A DNA stretch of 64,000 nt from a virus (Duplodnaviria; Caudoviricetes), in the IMG/VR virus record IMGVR_UViG_2721755486_000001, positions 1 to 64,000 of that record; one strand, 5' to 3'. Every line of letters starts with the position of its first letter. Position 1 is the stretch's first letter. Position numbers and translations under genes: made by a program. Below are positions 1 to 9,231 of the stretch, piece after piece. The notes under the pieces were generated by a model, which ran no database searches, was not told the DNA's origin, and was given only the letters and a program-made list of their open reading frames with translations.

Positions 1-1689
1 ATGAAAATCGAGATCACAGCTACCATCGCCAGCGCGTTGCACATCGACGTCCGACCCGAGGTCGGCGTGCCACCGGACAAGTGGCCGGCGAACCCGGATC
101 GGCAACCGTACGTGGTCACCGACGCCATTGGCCCTACGGGGTTCGGCATCAAGGTGACCGCGAGCAACGCGTCGTTCATCGTTCAGAAGCGGGTGCGCGC
201 ATCCGGACCGGGCGCGGTGATTCGCGCGACCCTGGGCCGCGTCACGGAGATGACCGTTCAGCAGGCGCGCAAGAAAGCGCACGAGGTGCTGGACGGCATC
301 GTCGAAACGGGACGGGCACCGGGCCCGGACAAACGCAACCGCGACGAACGGGATCTGACGCTGGGCGAAGCGCTGGACGTTTACAGGCACGACCTCATGC
401 ACCGAAAGCGCCCGGCGAAAGCCAGTAGTTTAAGGTCTTACGACAAGGCCGTGCGCAAACTCGAGGTTTGGAAGAACAAACGGATCAACGACCTCCTGGA
501 CGATGAGATCGTCGACGCTTTCGAGGCGATCAATGCGAAGGCTCCCACGACGGCGGAGCAAACCTTCCGGTGGGCGTCCACCGCGGTGAACCATGCGGTG
601 GAGAAGGAGGCGCGCATGGCCCAACGTCGGGCCGAGCGCCCGGTGCTGACCTACAACCCGTTCAACATCCTCAAAAACCGGTACCGCACACGCCAGGAGC
701 TGGAGAACCACTACAAACTGACGGGTCGGCGCCAGCCGCTCACCCTTGAGAGGAGCATGGGTCCGTGGCTGCGAGCGATCTACCACCGGCGCAAGGAAAA
801 CCGCACCGGTTGCGATTACCTGTTGTTGGCGACCCTCTGGGGGTGCAGGTCGCAGGAATGCTCCGACCTCATGTGGCTGGACCAGATCACGCCAGAGGAG
901 GCCGCGCGGGTGTCGTTCGTCGATCTGGAGAACGGCTACGTGACCATGCGGGACACTAAGAACCGCTTGGATTTTGTCCTGTGTATTTGCCGGGGAGCGC
1001 GCAAGATCCTCGAGGAGCGTCTGGTGATCCGGGACCAGGAAGCGGCAGCGGACCCGGATCCGTTCCGTCGGGCGTCCCGCAAGCGTTGGGTTTTCCCACC
1101 CCGGTCGGAGTCGCGGTTGCGCAAGACCCCCCACTACAAGGACAGCAAGTCCCTGCGGACCTACCTATGCCGGGACGCTGGGATCATCAAGTGGACGATC
1201 AAGACAGACCCGGACGGCACCCGTTTTCAGGTTCCGGTGTCGGCGCTGGGTATGCACGACTTGAGGCGTACGTTCGGTGGTGTTACCGACACCCTTCATT
1301 TCAGCGAGGAGACGACCAAAAAGCTGCTGAATCACTTCGTCAACGCCCGGTCCCAGACTGACCAGCGGATCGCCAAGGAGGATTCCGTCACGCCCAACGT
1401 CGCGCGCACGCTGCAAAACAAGGCGGAGTTGTCGAACGTCACGACCCGGTACACCATCCCGGATGCTGAGCGTCTGCGTGAGGCAATGCAGACGGTGGAG
1501 TTGACCATCCTATCGACCTACCCACCGTTCTTCAACATGCTGATCGCCACGTCGCCGGACATCACGCCGATGACCTTGTGGGAGCCCGAGCCGCTAAAAT
1601 GGCCGAGCCCACGGCCCGGCATTGAGGTGCGAGGGCTGGACAAGGTGCCGCTGGACGACGAGGACGACGACGAGGAAGAAGCAGCATGA
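1..1689 (+). CDS. Tyrosine recombinase/integrase with N-terminal arm-DNA-binding domain
   Basis: N-terminal GFGIKVT..SFIVQKR..TLG...ARKKA arm-binding pattern; catalytic motifs GCRSQE (R), DTKN (K), HDLRRTF (HxxR), LLNH and TTRY (Y); acidic C-terminal tail. Confidence 0.9.
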   Translation: MKIEITATIASALHIDVRPEVGVPPDKWPANPDRQPYVVTDAIGPTGFGIKVTASNASFIVQKRVRASGPGAVIRATLGRVTEMTVQQARKKAHEVLDGIVETGRAPGPDKRNRDERDLTLGEALDVYRHDLMHRKRPAKASSLRSYDKAVRKLEVWKNKRINDLLDDEIVDAFEAINAKAPTTAEQTFRWASTAVNHAVEKEARMAQRRAERPVLTYNPFNILKNRYRTRQELENHYKLTGRRQPLTLERSMGPWLRAIYHRRKENRTGCDYLLLATLWGCRSQECSDLMWLDQITPEEAARVSFVDLENGYVTMRDTKNRLDFVLCICRGARKILEERLVIRDQEAAADPDPFRRASRKRWVFPPRSESRLRKTPHYKDSKSLRTYLCRDAGIIKWTIKTDPDGTRFQVPVSALGMHDLRRTFGGVTDTLHFSEETTKKLLNHFVNARSQTDQRIAKEDSVTPNVARTLQNKAELSNVTTRYTIPDAERLREAMQTVELTILSTYPPFFNMLIATSPDITPMTLWEPEPLKWPSPRPGIEVRGLDKVPLDDEDDDEEEAA

Positions 1690-2348
1690 TCAGCATCGAA
1701 ATGCTGGACGACGAGGTGGCGGTCCGGCGGATGAACGTCGCGGCGTCGCTGCACGACGAACAGAGCGTGAGCGAGCCGGTGGCCGCCCTGTTCCTGGGGC
1801 GCTCCGCGCGCACCCTGGAACGCATGCGCAGCGAGGGGCGGGGGCCTGTCTACACCCAGGCGAAGCAGGAGGACGGTCCTAAGCACACCGGCCGCAAGCC
1901 GTCGGTCACGTACCTCATGCGGGATCTGCGGGCTTGGCGCGAGAACCACAAGGTCAACAACCCGCGCGAGGCGACAGTTCGCGACCGCCGGGCCCTGCGC
2001 TTCGAGACCATGGCGGATCTGCTCGACGACCAACCGTGGTTCGCCAAGGTCGGCACCGACCAGTTGGTGGGGCACGCGTTGACCGGGCCGGAGGAACTTC
2101 TGGGCGAACGGCTCGACGACAAGTCGTTGGAGGTGGTTTGGCTCCCGATGCCGGAAGCCATGGCACGACCTTGGCCGAACCTGCGGGAGCGCACGCCGTT
2201 CCACGACGCGTACACCGAGGTGCTCGGCGAGGCCATGCGCCTCAGCCAGGTTCGGCAGGACGATGCGGTCCTGCGGGCGGAGTTCGACGCGCTGGACGAC
2301 GAGCGGGGCGAACCCCTGCCACCGGGACCGGGGCGCAAAACCTTCTGA
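1686..2348 (+). CDS. Excisionase/AlpA-like winged-HTH protein with C-terminal extension
   Basis: AALFLGRSARTLERMRSEGRGPVY...VTYLMRDLRAW matches the HTH_17/Xis pattern; ATGA overlap with the integrase stop. Confidence 0.7.
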   Translation: MISIEMLDDEVAVRRMNVAASLHDEQSVSEPVAALFLGRSARTLERMRSEGRGPVYTQAKQEDGPKHTGRKPSVTYLMRDLRAWRENHKVNNPREATVRDRRALRFETMADLLDDQPWFAKVGTDQLVGHALTGPEELLGERLDDKSLEVVWLPMPEAMARPWPNLRERTPFHDAYTEVLGEAMRLSQVRQDDAVLRAEFDALDDERGEPLPPGPGRKTF

Positions 2349-2438
2349 ACCCCGAACCCCAAAACCCCTGGATGCTTCAACGACAAACGACCCGAACTCG
2401 GGGCGTTTTCACATCCGGCGCGGGCCCGTGGGCACGGC

Positions 2439-3116
2439 TCAGGGGGCGATGAAGACCTCCTGCTTCCAGCGCAGCAGGTTGGCGATCGGCGCGGTGCCCG
2501 CCACGTACGGCACCTTCGTGACCGGGAACGCGGCCTTGCGATACGCCCACACGTTCGCGAAGGGACCCGTCGGGCCCTCGCCGCGCACGATGGTCACGGC
2601 GTAGGTCGTCTTGTCGAAGGTCGCCTGATTCGCGCTCGCTTCGCTGGGAGAACCCAGGAAGAACAGCAGGTCCTTCGCGGTGGCGGACACCGCTTCGTCC
2701 GTGGCGCCCAGGGGCTGACCGATCCCCACGATCGTGTTGCCCAGACCGGTCACCGCCAGGGCGCTGGTTTCGTACGCGCCGTCGTTGGCGTCCGGGTGCA
2801 GCCCGGCGATCACGTGGAGGTTCGACGCGCCCGGCACGGGGATGGAGCAGGGGAGCTGCTCGGGCGTGGTGCTCTTCGAGCAGCGGGCCGGCAGCGCTTC
2901 ACCGAGCACCAGACCGTGCACGAAGCCGGTGGTGAGGAAGCTATAACCATCGGTGGGGAGGAAACTGTAGCCCTCGACCGAGGCCTGACCGTCGGCGGTC
3001 AGTTGCTGCGGCGTCTTCAGATCGTTCAGCAGGGTGTACGGCTGGGGTGCAGCGATCGCGGCCCCGTTGACCAGCGAAGCGGCGAGCAGTGCGGCGGTGA
3101 TGGTCGTTTTGAGCAT
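2439..3116 (-). CDS. Secreted hypothetical protein
   Basis: Signal peptide MLKTTITAALLAASLVNGAAIA; GGAGGAG RBS; backbone promoter and palindrome upstream. Confidence 0.75.
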   Translation of the reverse strand: MLKTTITAALLAASLVNGAAIAAPQPYTLLNDLKTPQQLTADGQASVEGYSFLPTDGYSFLTTGFVHGLVLGEALPARCSKSTTPEQLPCSIPVPGASNLHVIAGLHPDANDGAYETSALAVTGLGNTIVGIGQPLGATDEAVSATAKDLLFFLGSPSEASANQATFDKTTYAVTIVRGEGPTGPFANVWAYRKAAFPVTKVPYVAGTAPIANLLRWKQEVFIAP

Positions 3117-3171
3117 GAAAGGGTCTCCTCCCGAGTGATGCCCGCGCGACGGGGCGGGCGTCCGTGATCCA

Positions 3172-3216
3172 CATCTAGCAGCATTGCCAGGGCTGTCAAC
3201 CCGTGCCCTGGCATGG
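3172..3216 (-). promoter_or_regulatory. Backbone promoter TTGACA-N16-TAGATG with 16-bp palindrome abutting the -35
   Basis: -35 at 3194-3199, -10 at 3172-3177, CCGTGCCCTGGCATGG at 3201-3216. Confidence 0.7.
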
Positions 3217-3263
3217 ACAAACGCCCACCGAGGTGGGCGTTGTGCTCGACGTCGGGCCGTGGG

Positions 3264-5453
3264 TCAGAACCCGATGTTGACCCCACCGCCGACCGCGACG
3301 CCGGCCGCACCGGTGGCGCCCCCGACGTTGAGGTTGACCACGGCGTTCGGGCCGAACCGGTGGAACACCTTCACCGAGTAGCCGAACTGACCACGGAAGT
3401 TCGCCACCCCGATGGCCGCCTGGGTGTCGTGGGCGCTGTCCGGGTTGTACATCGCGGACGCAGCCGCAGCGGACATGGCCCCCACACCGTCGATGCGGTT
3501 GCTCAGGTCGTTCATCCCCCGGTTCACCGCGTCGAACCGCTGGTCCACGCTGTTCGAGAGGGCGCCGACCTGCTGATCGGTGTAGCTCTTCGACTGGGAC
3601 AGCGTCTGGGCGGCCTGCTGGTCGGTGTAGGTCTTCGACTGCGACAGGGTCTGGGCGGTCTGCTGGTCCGTGTAGGTGTTCGCGGACTGCAGGACCGTCG
3701 TCGCATCACCCGAACCGGAACCGGTGGTCGGGATCTTGGCGATCGCCTGATCGGTGTACCCGTTGGCCGACGTCACCGCAGCAGCGGACTGCTGGTCGGT
3801 GTAGGTGTTCGCCGAGGACACGGCTGCAGCGACCTGCTGCTGCACGTAGGCGGCGGACACCCCCGAGGACGTCCCTTCGGCAGCTTCCAGAGCGGTGACC
3901 CGGGTGCCCAGCGAGGACACGGCCTGGTTGGTCGCAAAGAGCTGCGAACCGTTGACCGCGTTCGTGCTGGTGGCGGTGAGCGCACCGGGTGCCACGTTGG
4001 TGAAGATCACCGGCGTGGTGGCCCCGACGCCGCCCAGCGTCACGCTGGTCTTCGCGGAGCTGTCGTACGACACCGCGTTGGAGGTGGCGCTGGTCACGTT
4101 GGCGAGCGCGGCGGTGAGCTGACCCACGTTCACCGCGTCGGTGCTGCCCGTGCCGGCGGCCACACCAGTCAGGGTGCGCGCACCGCTGGTCCCGCTGATG
4201 TCCACCGTGGTACCGCCGGTCGACGCGCCCACCGTGATCGTCCCGTTGCCCGGGGCACCACCGGTCTGCTGCACGAGGCCCACCGTACCGTTGCTCAGGT
4301 TGGTGTTGATCGAGGTGATCGCCGAAGTGTTCGACGCGATGGCCGAGGTGTTGGTGCTCACCTGGCTGGACAGCGTCGACACGTTCTGGTTGGTCGCGTT
4401 GAGCTGCGAACCGTTCACCGCGTCGGTGCTGGTCGAGGACACGCTACCGGCGGCCACCCCCGTGAGGGTGCGCGCACCGCTGGTACCGGTCAGGTCCACG
4501 GTCGTGCCACCGGTGGAAGCGCCCACCGTGATCGTCCCGTTCGTACCGCCCGGCTGGGCCACCAGGCTGGAGGCGCTGGTCAGGGCTTCGATCGCCTGGG
4601 TGGCGGCGTAGAGCTGCGACCCGTTCACCGCGTCGGTGCTGTTGGCGTTCACCTGGCCGGCGGCCACGTTGGTGATCGTGCGCTCACCGCCCACGGTCCC
4701 CACGCTGATGGTGCCGGTCGGCGTGGCGCCTGCGAAGGTGTACCCGGTTCCCCGGATCGTCATCCCGGAGGTGCCGGTCACGGAGTAGGTCGTCGAGCCG
4801 TTGCCCAGGGCCACGCTGTAATCCTGCGAGGCGTTCGCCTGGTAGCCCAAGGACACGCTGTACGCGCCGGTCGCGCGGGAGTTCGCTCCGGCGGCGATCC
4901 CGTAGAGACCGTACACCATGGCCGACGTACCGACGGAGATACCGCCCACCGCGAAGACACCGGACGACTGACCCACGGCGATGCCGTTGGTGGACCCAGC
5001 GGCGACGTTGGCGCCGTCGCCGAACGAGATGGAGTAGTCCGCAGCTCCGACAGCGTTGGTCCCGACCGAGACCGAGTTGGAGCCCGAGGCGCTGGCACCG
5101 CTTCCGCCGGCGAACCCGTTCACACCGCTGGCCGCGGCGCCGTCACCGAGCGCGGTGGCACCGGTGGCTGAGGCATTCGACTGGTAGCCGACGGCGGTGC
5201 TGTCCTGGGCGGTGGCTTGCGAGCTGGTGCCCACGGAGGTGCTGAAGATGCCGGTGGCCGTGCTGTTGGCCCCCGCGGCGACGCTGGAGTTCGCGGCGGT
5301 CGAGCTGTTGCCCAACGCCACCGACGACGAGTCGGCGCTGGCTCCCGTGCCTTGCGCTACCTGGGCTTGGGCCGAGATCGACGCGAAAAGCGTCAGCGCG
5401 GCCAGCGCCAGAGACGTGCGGCGCAGGGTGGAAGGGGAAAATGCAAACATCAT
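3264..5453 (-). CDS. Trimeric autotransporter adhesin (YadA-like)
   Basis: Signal peptide; SxAxG head repeats; repeated DAVNGSQL neck motifs; ANTYTDQ stalk repeats; C-terminal beta-anchor ending in F. Confidence 0.93.
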   Translation of the reverse strand: MMFAFSPSTLRRTSLALAALTLFASISAQAQVAQGTGASADSSSVALGNSSTAANSSVAAGANSTATGIFSTSVGTSSQATAQDSTAVGYQSNASATGATALGDGAAASGVNGFAGGSGASASGSNSVSVGTNAVGAADYSISFGDGANVAAGSTNGIAVGQSSGVFAVGGISVGTSAMVYGLYGIAAGANSRATGAYSVSLGYQANASQDYSVALGNGSTTYSVTGTSGMTIRGTGYTFAGATPTGTISVGTVGGERTITNVAAGQVNANSTDAVNGSQLYAATQAIEALTSASSLVAQPGGTNGTITVGASTGGTTVDLTGTSGARTLTGVAAGSVSSTSTDAVNGSQLNATNQNVSTLSSQVSTNTSAIASNTSAITSINTNLSNGTVGLVQQTGGAPGNGTITVGASTGGTTVDISGTSGARTLTGVAAGTGSTDAVNVGQLTAALANVTSATSNAVSYDSSAKTSVTLGGVGATTPVIFTNVAPGALTATSTNAVNGSQLFATNQAVSSLGTRVTALEAAEGTSSGVSAAYVQQQVAAAVSSANTYTDQQSAAAVTSANGYTDQAIAKIPTTGSGSGDATTVLQSANTYTDQQTAQTLSQSKTYTDQQAAQTLSQSKSYTDQQVGALSNSVDQRFDAVNRGMNDLSNRIDGVGAMSAAAASAMYNPDSAHDTQAAIGVANFRGQFGYSVKVFHRFGPNAVVNLNVGGATGAAGVAVGGGVNIGF

Positions 5454-5524
5454 GTGTAGGTCTCCTCAAGGTTGGTGGTTGGAACGACGGACAGCGGGTG
5501 AAACGAGATGCAGCGATCGGGTGG

Positions 5525-6265
5525 CTAGAACCAGGACGACGGGATGGCGATGCGGCCTTGGACGCCCACGAAGCCGTAGATGCCGGCACGCTTGACGTTC
5601 GGCACGGCGATGAGGTTCACGCCCCACTTGTGGTCGTGCTCGTAGGAGAGCAGGAGGCCGGCGGCGGGCATGAAGCCTCGAGGCTTCTGCGTGTTCTCGG
5701 TGCGATACCGGGTGGATTGGAATCCGCGAACGGGGTCGGTGATCGTGTAAGGCACTTGGACGGTCGTGTCTTCGAGGTAGCCGCTCACCACACCGGCGAC
5801 CGGGCCCAGGTTCACGCGATCCTTCGACGTGATGTCGAACTGAAAGGGCGTGTAGCCAGCGAGGAAGAACGTGCTGTTGCGCCAGATCGAGTTGTGGTAC
5901 TGGCCGACCATGATCCGGAACACGTCGTTTCCGGCCTCCAGACCCAATCCGAGGTTGTTTTCATTGAAGTGGTAATCCTTCACGGCCTGACGGTCGAAGT
6001 GGTACGCGTGCAGGTTCGCGTCGACGTACACGTGCCACTCCTTCGAACCGGTTGCGTTGAACGACACGCGCGGGTAGAGGGTCGGCGTCTGGGCCACGGG
6101 CTCCTGCACGTAGCTCACCACCGCGTCCTGCGGCTGACCGGCGCTGTCGGCGACGTTGCGTTCCGCATCGCTCTGGGCGAAGGCGGGCAGGGCTTCCAGC
6201 CCGGTGAGCATGGCCATGGCCAGCGCGTTGAGCTGCTTGAGGCGGTACTTGGTCTTACGCGTCAC
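5525..6265 (-). CDS. Outer-membrane beta-barrel protein, PagP-like family
   Basis: Signal peptide; HFDR..FNENNLGLGLE..YHNS pattern resembling PagP-like barrels; terminal aromatic residues; GTG start at 6265 behind a GGAGGAG RBS. Confidence 0.6.
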   Translation of the reverse strand: MTRKTKYRLKQLNALAMAMLTGLEALPAFAQSDAERNVADSAGQPQDAVVSYVQEPVAQTPTLYPRVSFNATGSKEWHVYVDANLHAYHFDRQAVKDYHFNENNLGLGLEAGNDVFRIMVGQYHNSIWRNSTFFLAGYTPFQFDITSKDRVNLGPVAGVVSGYLEDTTVQVPYTITDPVRGFQSTRYRTENTQKPRGFMPAAGLLLSYEHDHKWGVNLIAVPNVKRAGIYGFVGVQGRIAIPSSWF

Positions 6266-6317
6266 AGTTCTCCTCCCTCGACGATCCAGGGGCCTCTCCA
6301 CGGGCCCGACCTCCTTG

Positions 6318-6477
6318 TACTTAGCGGGTCATGGCCGCGTGTCAATACCTTCTGGCGAAGAATCCAACACGTGCCGGGGCACGGGTTAACCGTTCGTCTG
6401 AGGATGGAAAAAACTTTGTAAATCCGGGGCTTGTATGGCGCTTTTGCTGTTGACCGGTCTGGTGATCCTGCTAGGTT
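6318..6477. promoter_or_regulatory. Divergent backbone promoters flanking a 16-bp palindrome
   Basis: Minus strand TTGACA(6340-6345)-N16-TAAGTA; palindrome 6369-6384; plus strand TTGACC(6450-6455)-N16-TAGGTT(6472-6477). Confidence 0.7.
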
Positions 6478-6533
6478 GAAAAGTGAAGGACCTCAAAACC
6501 ACCGCGCCAACGATGCGCACCCGGAGATCCCCG

Positions 6534-7118
6534 ATGACTACCCGCAACGGATACACCCCAGAAGGCATGTACGACTTCTCGATCCAGCCGGACGAGGAGC
6601 TGAAAGCGATGATCGGCAAGCCGATCGAGGCGCTCGTCGAGATGCTCGAAGCGATCTTGGTGATGCTCACGATGAAGTTGCAGCGCGAGACCATCGCGTT
6701 GCAGGCGGAGCAGATCCGTCAGCTCCAGCAGCGGCAGGCCTGGGTCACCGCGAAGCTGGTGCGGGTCCGCAAGCTCGAAGCCGACGGCGTGACGATCGTG
6801 CCGCGCGACGTGCTGACCACCGAACCGCAAACCCTGGACGTCGAGGGGCGGCGGATCGACGGTGGGCGGCGCAAGTTCAGCATGGCGGACGTGCGGGCCA
6901 GCCGTGGTCCCCGCATCGACCCGGTGGAGCGGTCGACCGAACCCCGGAGCCCGGCACCGCAGATCACGATCCCCAGCGCGTGCAGCCTGGGCAACCGTCT
7001 GGACACGCGCTCGACCATGGCGCGCTTCGAACCCACGTCGCGGGCCAGCACCCTGGCTTACGACACGGACAACGGGGTGGAGGCTTACCGTCCCCGTTCA
7101 CGGTTCAGCCCGCGCTGA
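6534..7118 (+). CDS. Hypothetical protein (coiled-coil N-terminal half)
   Basis: ORF 6483..7118; ATG at 6534 preferred because it has a GGAG RBS and the predicted promoter ends at 6477. Confidence 0.6.
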   Translation: MTTRNGYTPEGMYDFSIQPDEELKAMIGKPIEALVEMLEAILVMLTMKLQRETIALQAEQIRQLQQRQAWVTAKLVRVRKLEADGVTIVPRDVLTTEPQTLDVEGRRIDGGRRKFSMADVRASRGPRIDPVERSTEPRSPAPQITIPSACSLGNRLDTRSTMARFEPTSRASTLAYDTDNGVEAYRPRSRFSPR

Positions 7119-7196
7119 ACCACCACGGGCCCCGCGCTCTGGGGCCCTTCACCCACCGTCGCCAACAACACGACAAGGAGGCGATCACCACTGCAC

Positions 7197-8105
7197 TTGG
7201 AGGACCGATTGAACCCCTCGCTGAAACCCATTGCCCACCGCCTGGTGGCGCTCACCGCAGCCTGCCTTGCTGCACTCGCGCTTTGCCCCAGTCCGCTCAA
7301 GGCCGTGCCAGGGCACATCCATGAACCGGCGGCCATCGCGATTCCCCAACCCGCATCCTTGGTCGACGTCCCGTCGGCCTTTGACGAACCCGCGCCCGTG
7401 TTCGACGCTTCGCCGCGGCTGACCCGTTTCACCCGCATGCCCGAGCGCATGGTGGGCGCGTTCTGGCCCACGGTGGCTGGGGTGGCGCAGGTGGTCGTGC
7501 CGCGACCGGTGTTCCGCGTGACGGAGCAGCAGCTCCTGGCGGTGGCGCCCACGATCAACCCGGACGCGTTGCACCTGGCGATGCGGGCGATGGAATGCGC
7601 AGCGAAGCACTACGGGGACAAGGACCGCCTGGTGGTGATCGACTACTCGTTGCCGAGCACCGCCCGGCGCCTCTGGGTCTTCGACCTGCGCAACGGCAAG
7701 CTCCTGTGGAACGAGTACGTCCTGCACGGGCGCGGATCCGGCGCGGGGCTCTACGCGCGGTCCTTCTCGAACCAGCCCGACAGCGAGCAGTCCAGCCTGG
7801 GCCTGTTCGAGCTGGGCAGTCCGTTCAAGAGCCAGTTCGGCCCGGCGATGAGCATGGTGGGGCTGGAGAAGGGCATCAACGACCACGCGGTGGAGCGGGG
7901 CATCTGGTTGCACGGCACGGACTACGTGAACGACGAGCGGGCGGCCACAGGCCACGTGTCGCAGTCTGAGGGGTGCGCGGCGGTGCAGCGGGGCGTGATC
8001 GTCCCGATGATCGACAGCCTGAAGAAGGGGGCCTACCTGTTCTCGTTTTACCCCGACAAGAAGTGGCAGCAGGCGTCCGGGTTCCTGACGGGGAAGCTCT
8101 GCTGA
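7197..8105 (+). CDS. Murein L,D-transpeptidase (YkuD-like family); start uncertain
   Basis: LVVIDYSLPSTARRLWVFDL, HGRGSG, FSNQPDSEQSSLG, GLEKGINDHA..RGIWLHG, SEGC (catalytic His/Cys). Confidence 0.88.
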   Translation: MEDRLNPSLKPIAHRLVALTAACLAALALCPSPLKAVPGHIHEPAAIAIPQPASLVDVPSAFDEPAPVFDASPRLTRFTRMPERMVGAFWPTVAGVAQVVVPRPVFRVTEQQLLAVAPTINPDALHLAMRAMECAAKHYGDKDRLVVIDYSLPSTARRLWVFDLRNGKLLWNEYVLHGRGSGAGLYARSFSNQPDSEQSSLGLFELGSPFKSQFGPAMSMVGLEKGINDHAVERGIWLHGTDYVNDERAATGHVSQSEGCAAVQRGVIVPMIDSLKKGAYLFSFYPDKKWQQASGFLTGKLC

Positions 8106-8114
8106 TCGGGGCTC

Positions 8115-8142
8115 TTGCCGCCACGATTCGACCTGCTACGTT
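8115..8142 (+). promoter_or_regulatory. Backbone-type promoter TTGCCG-N16-TACGTT
   Basis: Same geometry and TGC before the -10 as the other backbone promoters. Confidence 0.55.
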
Positions 8143-8175
8143 GGAATCGACCACCACCCAGAACCGGAGGATCTG

Positions 8176-8433
8176 ATGACCACCACCCGCAAGACCCCTC
8201 GCAGGAGCGCCACACTCCGCATGCAGCCGGTGCTGCACGACGCCGTGACGGCGGTTGCGCGTCAGCACAACCAGAGCCTGAACGAGCTGCTCGTGAAGGT
8301 CCTGTCGGACCATCCCGAGGTGCGGTGGTGGGTGGCGTTCAACGAGGCCGCGCCCGGCACGCAGCCCCACCAGGCGCAACGGCTGGCCCAGTTGCACGTG
8401 GACATCGACCGGATCCTGGGGAGCGTGCGATGA
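8176..8433 (+). CDS. Ribbon-helix-helix (Arc/HicB-like) DNA-binding protein
   Basis: TLRMQPVLHDAVTAVARQHNQSLNELLVKVL RHH pattern; GGAGG RBS. Confidence 0.7.
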   Translation: MTTTRKTPRRSATLRMQPVLHDAVTAVARQHNQSLNELLVKVLSDHPEVRWWVAFNEAAPGTQPHQAQRLAQLHVDIDRILGSVR

Positions 8434-8891
8434 GCATGTGGACCGCGAAGCAGGAGGAGGCCCTGGCCACGATCGTGGCCAGCCTGGTGGCCGAGAAGGT
8501 GGAGGAGCCGGCGGTGGTGGACGGGCTCGACGCGGTGTACCCGGCGCTGACGGTAACGGTGGGCGTCACGCTCAACGGCCGGCACCACACGATTCAGGCG
8601 ACGGAGCAGCCGGGCGAGGGCTGGTGGGCCATGTTCGCCCGGCATGGGCGCCTGGACGCTCTGCAGACGTCGATTGACACCGGGCCGGCTTGGGAGGCCT
8701 TGAAGCAGCAGATCGGGGACGACGTGTTCGGCGGGGAACTGATGGCGTTCGAGGACATTTTCTTCGCGCAGGACGTGCGCAACGCGATCGAGGCCCTGGC
8801 CAGCGAGGCGGCGTTCGAGCACCACCAGCGGCATCACGTGGCGCGGGTGCACTCGGTGAAGCAGGAGATGGACGCTGCACGCTGGCAGTGA
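8430..8891 (+). CDS. Hypothetical protein
   Basis: ATG at 8430 overlaps the RHH stop (ATGA); coding-like composition. Confidence 0.65.
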   Translation: MSMWTAKQEEALATIVASLVAEKVEEPAVVDGLDAVYPALTVTVGVTLNGRHHTIQATEQPGEGWWAMFARHGRLDALQTSIDTGPAWEALKQQIGDDVFGGELMAFEDIFFAQDVRNAIEALASEAAFEHHQRHHVARVHSVKQEMDAARWQ

Positions 8892-8957
8892 CGGCAGGAC
8901 CAGGCGGGGAATGGGAAAAGGGGCCGATGGCCCCGTTTGCATGTGCTGGTGGAACGA

Positions 8958-9131
8958 TCAGCGGTTGGTGTTCTCGCCGGCGTCCCGCGCGTCGTGCTCA
9001 GCACGCGCGTTCGCGAGGTTCTGGCGGAAGCGCTGGGCCAGGCTCTGCCCGCCGAACAGCGAGCTGGGGGTGTTGCGAAACACCGCGACGAGGACGGCGA
9101 GCAGGACGACGATGGCGATGGCGTAAAGCAT
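8958..9131 (-). CDS. Small membrane protein
   Basis: MLYAIAIVVLLAVLVAVF transmembrane segment; GGAGG RBS; promoter and palindrome upstream. Confidence 0.6.
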   Translation of the reverse strand: MLYAIAIVVLLAVLVAVFRNTPSSLFGGQSLAQRFRQNLANARAEHDARDAGENTNR

Positions 9132-9179
9132 GGATGTTCCTCCCTGGGTGGTGCCCACCGGATGGCGAGCGATGGTCAA

Positions 9180-9225
9180 GAACTAGCAGCATTTCGAGGC
9201 GCGTAAAGTCCGTGCCCTGGCACGG
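9180..9225 (-). promoter_or_regulatory. Backbone promoter TTTACG-N16-TAGTTC with palindrome at 9210-9225
   Basis: Read directly from the sequence. Confidence 0.6.
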
Positions 9226-9231
9226 TTTGGA

